Shown here in pieces: positions 52,848 to 64,000 of a DNA stretch of 64,000 nucleotides. The stretch is from Eledone cirrhosa (lineage: Eukaryota). The DNA lies in assembly GCA_964016885.1 (NCBI GenBank), contig OZ024741.1, positions 227,974,001 to 228,038,000 of the forward strand, written 5' to 3'. The position numbers and the translations under genes are program-made. The notes beneath the pieces are model-generated. The model ran no database searches. It was not told the origin of the DNA and worked only from the letters and a program-made list of their open reading frames with translations. Each line of letters opens with the position of its first letter. The stretch's first letter is position 1.

Positions 52848-54061
52848 ATTCAATGAACTTCAGCAGATTTTCACATCTGTGATATTATATTTTCAAGCTT
52901 ATGTGTCCTGAACAGACAAAGAGGGAGAGAGATTGGGAGAGAGAGGGAGACAGAAATAGAATGAGGGGAAAAAGAAAGCGGGATAGAAAGAAAGAAAGAA
53001 AAAAAGAAAGAAAGCATGTAAGAAAGAAAGTGAAGAAAGAAATGAATTGATATTTAAAGGAAATAAAGCTAAAAAGCAAAGGATTGAAAATGATATTAAA
53101 AAAAGTAAACGATTTAATATTGACGAATGATTTCAAGATTGGCCATTGATTTGGACAAGAAAATATAATGGTCGGAATGGAATTAAAGAAGAAAGAAGAA
53201 GCAAATGAAGAAGAATTACAAGAAAATATGGATAAAAGAATATGAGAAAATTAAAAACTTATAGAAAATTCTTCATTAAAACAAAAGAAAGAAGACACTT
53301 GAGATTGATACGGAAAGCAATAGTCAGTAATTTAATAAAATTAATGACGATAATGATGAAAATGATGATGATAATAATGATGAAAATAATAATAAGAACA
53401 GTTACTGCTATTACTACAACTACTACTACTAATAATGATAATAATAAATAGTAATAAGGACTTTTGAAAAATGGCCGCAAATAAATGACTTTTTTTTTTC
53501 AATGGCCATTGCAAAAGGTGATAATTTGGTGTCGGAACTTTGAAGCAGACGCTTCCAGTTGCTCTGGAGGTATGAAAACTGTGTGAAAAATCTCCCTTTA
53601 AATATTTGCAATCGGACCCAGGTTTTTTTTCCTAACGTACACTAAAAATGTATTTTACAAAAACAAAATGAAGAACAAGAGGTTTAAAGGCTGTGGAATG
53701 GCGTACGCTCTCTCTCTCTCTCTTTCTCTGTACAGTTATTGTTCGTTTGTTGGGGACATTTTTTCTAACCCCATTCCTCCTATTTTTCCTTCTTATCTTT
53801 CTTTGTCTTATCATTACAGAAATCTTGCCTTTCGGCAAATTTTAAGCTTATTATTTTTTGGCTTGTTATTTTTCTTATTCTTACTATACTTCATGTTCTT
53901 GCTCTCTTTCATATAAAACTACTTTAAATACTATTACTTCTACAACTATTACTACAACTAGAATTCCTATTATTACTAATGTTATATAAATTATTATTTA
54001 CTATTAACAATATTACAATTATCAGAAATATTATTATTATTATCATTATTATCATCATCAC

Positions 54062-54095
<34 letters not shown>

Positions 54096-54097
54096 GC

Positions 54098-54148
<51 letters not shown>

Positions 54149-54300
54149 TTCTGAGTTTAAAACCCACCGAGGTCAACTTTGCCGTTCATCCTTTCGGGGT
54201 CGATAAAATAAAGTACCAGTTAAATACTGAGGTCGATATAATCGACTTTCCTCTTGCCCCAAATTGATGGTTTTGCGCCAGTGTTCGAAACCATCATCAC

Positions 54301-54373
<73 letters not shown>

Positions 54374-54465
54374 TCAATGGCATATATATTTATCATTACT
54401 GTTAATAACGGATGGAATCTACTACACCAATGCTAGTGCAACTTTCACTACAACTTCTACATTTT

Positions 54466-54510
<45 letters not shown>

Positions 54511-54900
54511 CACTACTACTACTTCTACTACTATTACTATTGTTATTAATATCATTATTATTATCTTTGTTGTTGTTGTTGTTATTATTATTACCACAAC
54601 CACCACCACCATTAATATAACTACTTCAAACCATATCACCATTAATTCAACCATTTCTAGGTATTTAATGAGAATAATAAGAGTAACAAAATAATGATAA
54701 TATTAATAATTATAACAACAATAAGAATCTAAATGTTTTTTTCTGGGCAGTTCATTCAAAACTGATGAGTTGCTGCTTGGTTGAAACCAACATCTGTCGG
54801 GAGGTAGAATTTTTCTACCACATAGAAAATATACTAAATTTCTCTACCAGATGGAAAACAATAAATAGACAACGGGAAATGACATTTCTCGTGAATGATA

Positions 54901-54966
<66 letters not shown>

Positions 54967-55264
54967 CAAGAAAGGAACCGAACAATATTTGCGAATGATT
55001 CCTGGTTTACCCTCTCTGCACGAGGTGCAAAAAGTTGTTTTGAGTGGTAGTGCACTATCTCTGTAAGATTAATATCCCTCCTTGTATTTACATATGCATA
55101 TGCACATGTGTATAAATGTATACTATTTTTTTTATTATAACCAATGTGCTGTATTAACTGGCTTACCAATGCACACTGAATTTATTTGCCCTAGGTGTCA
55201 GGAAGACACTCGGCATATATTTCAGAAACAATAATGAAAGGAAAAAAATAAATAAATAAATAAA

Positions 55265-55322
<58 letters not shown>

Positions 55323-55618
55323 GTTTCTTTATTGGCCACACAGGGCTCATATTAAGGAGACATTAAAGATGGTACAGGGCGATACAGTGTAGGTTTTTTT
55401 GTGTGTGTACAATAGAAATTTAGAACAGATTAAGAAAATAAACATTAAAAAAAACATAACATATAATAATAATAATAATATGAAGAATATTTGGAACAAG
55501 AACAACATCAACAACAACAACGACGACGACGACAACAACAACAACAACAATACTAATAATAATAAATTAATAATAAAGTAATGATAAAGTAGTAATAAAA
55601 GTAATTCCTAACATTATT

Positions 55619-55676
<58 letters not shown>

Positions 55677-55774
55677 TAATATAATAATAATAATATGAGG
55701 CTGCAGGTAGTGGCTGATATTCATTTCAACAAACTTTCCAGTTAAATAACATCAATGACTGAGACTCAAAGAAC

Positions 55775-55832
<58 letters not shown>

Positions 55833-56359
55833 TAAATAATAATAATAATAATTAGGAAGAAGAACAACAACAACAAGTGATGTGTCCTATTCTATATTTC
55901 ATATTTCACTTTTGGCTTCATGTGTAAAATGGTGGGTTTATATTTTTAATTCTTTTATAAACGATATTTATTATATAGACGATGATTACTACAAAGGGTG
56001 ATGGTGACTGTCATGATGATGATGATAATGATGATGAAATTATTGTTGATGATGATGATGATGATAGTAATAACAATGATGAAGAGCTAGCTATAAATAT
56101 TGCTACATATATATATATATACGCATATATATGTGTATGTATGTGTGTGCCACTGTAGCTTTGTATGAGTGTGGGTTTGTTTGTGAGCGTTTGTATTTGT
56201 GTGTTTGTGTGTGTGTGTGTGTGTGTCTGTGTCTGTGTGTGCATGTGTACGTGCGTGCGTGTTACTGTTCCTAGATTAAAATCGAATTCAATCGGTGAGA
56301 CTTAATATATGAATACTCTGGTTTTCAATAATTTTCGAATATATTTTCGCCTGTCTCAT

Positions 56360-57270
<911 letters not shown>

Positions 57271-58332
57271 TGTTAGGAAACATGTGCTGATTTACTCCTT
57301 TGCTACTCGGAGTTTCACCGCCACTTTGTGTAGCAACTAAGTAAATCATCATGAGTTTCCTAATATTCCTGTCATTTGCAAGCTATAGAGTATACACATA
57401 TTAATATATTAATCAACCACATATATATTAATCGACCACACACATGCACGCACTCACCCCCTTACACGCGCGCGCTGACCCATACATAATAATATATATG
57501 TGCATTTTCCTATGTGTATATATATATATACATATGCATGTTTGTGCGTTACAAATTTGAAAGATTATTTGCCTACCCGAAGATAGTTATTGTCCCGGTG
57601 TGTACTCCGATTTTCCTGGAACGCAAGACATTGGTATCAGTAACAGAATGTTATATTACCTTTAAATATATGGGTGTGTCTCTGCTTGTAAGCATCTATA
57701 TGCACGCACGTGTGTCTGTGATTTGATATAATGATATACTCCTTATATTGGTCAGAACATCGTTACTAAGGGTTTCGTGTCCTGGGTATACATCCTTGCA
57801 ATCAGCGTGCGTTGCAGTCGGATTTTCATTCGTGGAGCGCCGTCTGGGAGTCGATGTCAGGGGTGCAACACATTTGATACGGGCATAGCTGTGTTTGGGT
57901 TTTTTCCTATGTCAGCACTGAGTCTTTCGTGTATGGCCGTTGAAGTTTATATCGGTGTATAAAAGCAGCTAGTTATTAGGAAAATTTTTTAAAGGTAAAC
58001 ATAAGAAAGTCTTAGATTACAGAATGTCATTTTGTTTTACCTTAAACAGTTTCTTGAGAAGTAGCTGTTTTTGTGTTACACCATCACTAAATTAAATGCT
58101 CACACATGTGCTCTTATAGGTAAAGAAACGCATCCATACCCTTGGCCATACTGAGTGAGTTGTGTACCACATTAATTCGCACAAGACCATATATACCCTA
58201 TATGAGTCCAGCCTCCCCTGAATGTAAAACTGCTACTGTAGCGTCCGTTGATTGCAAGATTATTTTCTCCAGGCATGAACCTTTGAGTAACAATGTTTTA
58301 ATCTATATCATTAGAACTATATCAATATATAT

Positions 58333-58394
<62 letters not shown>

Positions 58395-58685
58395 TTATAT
58401 ATATATATATGTGTGTGTTTGTATGTATGCATGTATATATACATAATTCATTCTACACCTGTATTCAATACTAGTTTTATTTTTTCATATAAAGTATTAT
58501 AATGTTGACAGTTCAAAGCTTAGCCGGTGATAGATTGTTCAAGTTTGAAGACACCACTGCTGTAAGGTTTAATTAATTGTCAACATTATTGAAATAAATT
58601 CTAAACTCAGTACATATATGAGATCCAGTATTCAGTTAATCTTCTGTTGGCTTTGAATATTTGAGAAGGCATTTGTTAATATACA

Positions 58686-58778
<93 letters not shown>

Positions 58779-58800
58779 TTGTGTGAGTATATGTACACAC

Positions 58801-58852
<52 letters not shown>

Positions 58853-59901
58853 ATGTATGTGTGTGTATGTGAATATATATTTGTTTATAGCATTATTGCT
58901 GTTGCAATTATGATTATAAATATTTATTATTATCATTGTTAATATTATTATTATTATTGAAGTTAGAGAGTCGGTGAGGCACAAGTGGTAGCGTGACAAG
59001 CAAAGGGATTGATTTAAATCCTTTTACGCTGAGTTCAAATGATTAAATTTGTTTTTCATCGTTCCGGATATCAATAAAATAAAATAAAATACTAGTCATG
59101 TACTAAATACGATATAATCGACTATCAACCCCACCTCCACCCACAAAAAATATATTATACTGTGCCTATGTTAGAAATGTGTGGATCGTAATCTTGTCGA
59201 GGTCGACATTACTTTTCAGCCATCCGTGGTCGATAAAGTAATGTCAATTAATGGTGTCGATTTAATCGAACTTCCCTCCACCCACTCCCAAATTGCTGAC
59301 CTTGTGCCTAAATTATAAGCCATTATTATTGTTATTATCATGGCGCTGGTTAGTTTGAACATCAGGCAAGGTGATCTGTGGTGTTTTGTTACGTTCTTCT
59401 GCATCATGGATTCAAGACGTGCCACTGTGGATTTTGCTATTCATTCCACTGGCTTCTTTTTTCCTATTTATATTTTTTATATATATTTTTCATTTTCAAT
59501 TTTCCAAGCTTTGTTATCGTGTCGGCTCTATGAAAAGCTTTCAATATGAAGCATTAAAATGCACCATCATAAAACACGAAACCGGCTCTGTATCACGTGA
59601 CTAGCAGCATCCGGTGAACACCAAAATAGTTGATTGTTCATATCTGTTCTCGATGGCTGCTTTATTAACATATTTTTAATATGGTATTTAACATATTCCT
59701 ATTTATTTGTTTCAATATTTTTCTTCGACATTTTTTTCCTTCTGCGCTGCAATTACATCAGCAATCCCTCTCAGCTAATTCATGAAAAAGAAAAACACTT
59801 TTGTCTTCTTAAATATATCTGTATTGATGTTCGTATGCACGCATGTTGGCAAGTATACATTTATATACGTATGTACATATAAACGTATAAATATAAGTAT
59901 T

Positions 59902-60029
<128 letters not shown>

Positions 60030-60032
60030 ATA

Positions 60033-60123
<91 letters not shown>

Positions 60124-60285
60124 TATAATAAATTGACTATTTAAAGACGTCTGCTCGCACTCACGCACATGTAAACATATAGAAAAGACTGATTAAAAGA
60201 TATATATATATCCAGTCATAGTCATACACGTGTACATCTATATAAATATATATATATGTGTGTGTGCATGTGTTTGTGTGTGTGT

Positions 60286-60402
<117 letters not shown>

Positions 60403-60960
60403 GAAGTTTGCTTGAAACATTGCAGAATATACAAACAATAACAAAGATATTCAATTGGCACTTTCAAAATATTTCGAGTAGAAGCACCCTACTCGATGCA
60501 GAAAAAAAGCGGGAGGGAAATAATATATATTTAGGTTGGCTTATCAAATGATATTTCTTTTCTTTTCCTCTTTTGTTCTATTAAAACATTCAAGAAGAAA
60601 AAGACATTTTACCCAAAATATCAGGGCGTTTAAGCGATTAAATATCTTAAAGATATCAGTTGAATATATTTCTTTAATATTATAATTGGTGGATTGGCAG
60701 TATCGGTAAAGGGTCGGACGCCAGGCTTTGACGCATTGAGTTACGGCCCTTTCCATTCAGAGTTCAAATCCCGCCGAGGTTAACTTTGCCTTTCATCCTT
60801 ACGGGGTCAATGAAATAAAGTACCAGTAATGCACTGGGTAATCGCTGGCCTTGTACCAAAAGTAGAAACAATTATAATTGAAAAATGTTGTTTCTGTTCT
60901 CACATAAGCATACATATAGAAAAAATATACATAAGTATATAGGTGTGAGTATGTATAGGC

Positions 60961-61012
<52 letters not shown>

Positions 61013-61072
61013 ATACATGCATATGCACATGCATACATACATTCATACACACACACACTCATATATATATTT

Positions 61073-61120
<48 letters not shown>

Positions 61121-61343
61121 CTATAAATATATATATATGAGTGTGTATATGTATGTAAGAATGTATGTAGGCATGTGTGTATGTATGTAAGTATGTATGC
61201 ATGTATCCATGTATGCACTATGTATGTATGCGTGTATGTATATAAGTATTATGTATTTTATTCATTTGATTGATAGTTTACTACCACACCCCACCTACGT
61301 CCTTGGTTTAGTCCTTTCACTACAAAAAACATGCATACACACA

Positions 61344-61441
<98 letters not shown>

Positions 61442-61800
61442 TAAAAGGAATTCCAACTTTGTCTGATTTACTCGTTTTATTTACTATCCTTTAAAATTAT
61501 AATGATATTATAATGAAATAGTATGGTATTAAATGTTAAATATTAATTGAACAACTACTTTCATACTTTCGCAATCTTTAGGTTCATATTCAGTGGTGAC
61601 AGTCAAGTTTACAATTTGAAAATTGCAAACTTGACTGTCACCACAGAATATGAACCTGAAGATTGCGAAAGTATGAAAGTACTTGTTAAATTAACACTTA
61701 ACATTTAATATTCTACCATACTATTTCATTATAATATCATTATAATTTTAAAGGATAGTAAATAAAACGAGTAAATCAGACAAAGTTGGAATTCCTTTTA
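61442..61800. repeat. 359-bp imperfect palindrome adjoining (TA)n
   Basis: taaaaggaattccaactttgtc... / ...gacaaagttggaattcctttta; centre ~61618. Confidence 0.95.
61651..61689 (+). ncRNA. Minimal hammerhead ribozyme-like motif
   Basis: tgaac-CTGAAGA-tTGC-GAAA-GTAt-GAAA-GTAC-TT-gtt; GNRA-capped stem II and palindromic helix III AGTACT. Confidence 0.55.
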
Positions 61801-62133
61801 AAAAATTCACTATCATGAACGTTATTTATTTATTAGTTTTAACTACAGAAATATTTTCGATTATGTCTTCAATTGAACTAAGACCTGTACAATGCATATA
61901 GTACTGTACTCAATGAGTTTCAAATATTTTGTACTTTCACGGGAATTGTTATAGGGCTTTACACAGTTACAGATACTTCGATATCAAATCTATAAAACAT
62001 TTTATGGTTACATTTTGAAAGTCGCTTGGCTCAAAGAATAACTGTTATGTATTTACATACATATGTATGTGTGTGTGTTTCTTTCTCTGTTTCTTGTGGT
62101 TTTACATAAACGTGTAGATATATGCAATACTGC

Positions 62134-62196
<63 letters not shown>

Positions 62197-63051
62197 GGGT
62201 TTGATTTCGGCTTTTGATACTTTCGGAGTCCGTAAAGTATCGAATCAGATAAAGTGATGAGATTTTTTCGACTACTCACTTACCTTCCCTACATTTCATG
62301 CCTTTGAGACAGAACTAGAAATAATGATTATAATTGTTATTATTATTATTTTGCCATATAGAGTTATGGCCCTTTATGATCTGAGTTCAAATCCCGTCGG
62401 GGTTAGCTTAGCCTTTCATCCTTACGGGGTCGATAAAATATAGCATTAGTAAGGTCGATTTAATCCACTTTCCCTTCCTCCCAAAGTGCTGGCCTTGTGC
62501 TTAAAGTAGAAACAATTATTATTATTGTAAAGTACCAGTAATGCATTGGCGTCTATTTAATACACTTCCCTCCGCAAAAAAATTGTTGGCCTTGTGCCTA
62601 AATTCGAAACCATTATTATTTTAATTACTTTTGGGTTAACCAGTTTAGTATCAGTAATATATGGAGTTTGATTAAGTTGCGCTTCATCTTCTTTGATGCA
62701 ACACGTAAATTATGTTGACAAGGGAGCATTAAGTTTATTGTTGTTATTATTAAGTAAAATGGCAGTAACAGTGCTGCGGAGATATCTGTCCTGGCATGAT
62801 GGTGAGGTGAAGTTCAAATCCCACTGTGTCCGATTTTCATTTTTTTTTTCCAATGGTAGATAAAACATATTAGTTAAATTCATGAACCTATACAATCTAC
62901 AAAACCCTTCACTCTAGTAGACATTTGTCGATGTTGCATATACTTAGGGCGTTAGGTTGGCAGAGTCATTAGACCGCCGGACACAGAGGCTTAGCAGTAT
63001 TAGTTACGGCTTTTACTCAAATGCCATCAAGGTCAATTTTGTTCTGGATCT

Positions 63052-63092
<41 letters not shown>

Positions 63093-63326
63093 CGTGTGTG
63101 TGTGTTAGTGTATATTCTATGTATATATACTTATACATATATATCTATATGTATATATATACATATATATTTATGTACATATATAATTATATGTGTATAT
63201 ATATATATATATAAAAATATATATGTATATGTATGTATATGTGTATATGTGTATATATATATGTATATGTGTATCTATAATTACATATATATATATATAT
63301 ATGTATATATATGAATATGTATGTAT

Positions 63327-63361
<35 letters not shown>

Positions 63362-63456
63362 CATATATGTACATATATATATATGTGTGTGTGTGTATAT
63401 ATGTATATATATATTTGGGGCACCGCGGTCAGGTTTTTACCTCTCTCTCTCTTTCC

Positions 63457-63520
<64 letters not shown>

Positions 63521-64000
63521 GTAAAACTTAGAAAGAGAAACGAAAAAGGTAGAAAAGTAATGTTGAAACATTTAAAAAAAAATATTAAAAGTTATGTAGT
63601 AGTGAAATGTAAAAGCCGTTTGAAACGATATACCTTTACTCTCTTTATAATTATTATTGCTATAATTTTAATGTTGTGACAATAAAATCCGGAGTAAGTT
63701 AGGCTGGGGGAACACAAATGACTAAAAGAAAATAAATAAGTTTAAAGCTATAGAGAGCAAAATCGAGTGGGGCTGATCGCTATTAGTAAGAGCTGGCAGA
63801 GAATCAGCTGTAGATATTGAGCAAAAATAGTATTCAAATTGTAAATAAAAATAACAACTTTATTAAAATATATAAAAATTATGTTTTTATGATTTTACTA
63901 TCATTTCACATTTATTTATAAATGTTTTCTAAAGTTTTAGTTACATATATAGATATACTTACATTACACTTTCATGGGATTGTTACTGCATTACCACGTA

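Noticed and set aside
54762-54798. CTGATGA...GAAAC...GTC hammerhead-like core
   Set aside because: Stems I and II cannot be formed convincingly; likely chance.

Overview
AT-rich, microsatellite-dense eukaryotic DNA, most likely from an octopus (inferred from tRNA-derived SINEs resembling the octopus OK/OR families). The only host gene I can support is a + strand calmodulin-family gene with four coding exons (31620-31650, 49625-49768, 52119-52361, 52819-52847). The expected ATG-only first coding exon was not located. The gene encodes a 149-aa four-EF-hand protein with about 18 substitutions relative to canonical invertebrate CaM, so it is probably a divergent paralog. The rest of the window is repeats: more than 20 SINEs, decayed non-LTR elements (CR1, R4/Dong-like RLE element in (TACA)n, L1/Tx1, RTE, GC-rich CRE-like), a Penelope-like RT+GIY-YIG element, a bipartite non-autonomous RTE family, a hAT MITE and minisatellites. 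The most striking unexplained structure is a set of about 15 long, near-perfect fold-back palindromes (50-730 bp), most lying in or next to (TA)n tracts. Many carry minimal type I hammerhead ribozyme motifs (CUGANGA...GAAA-short, often palindromic helix III-UH) from at least 7 sequence-unrelated families. Within the large calmodulin intron, every sense-strand ribozyme I found has an upstream antisense copy, while unpaired ribozymes are antisense. All calls were made by eye; no searches or folding programs were run.
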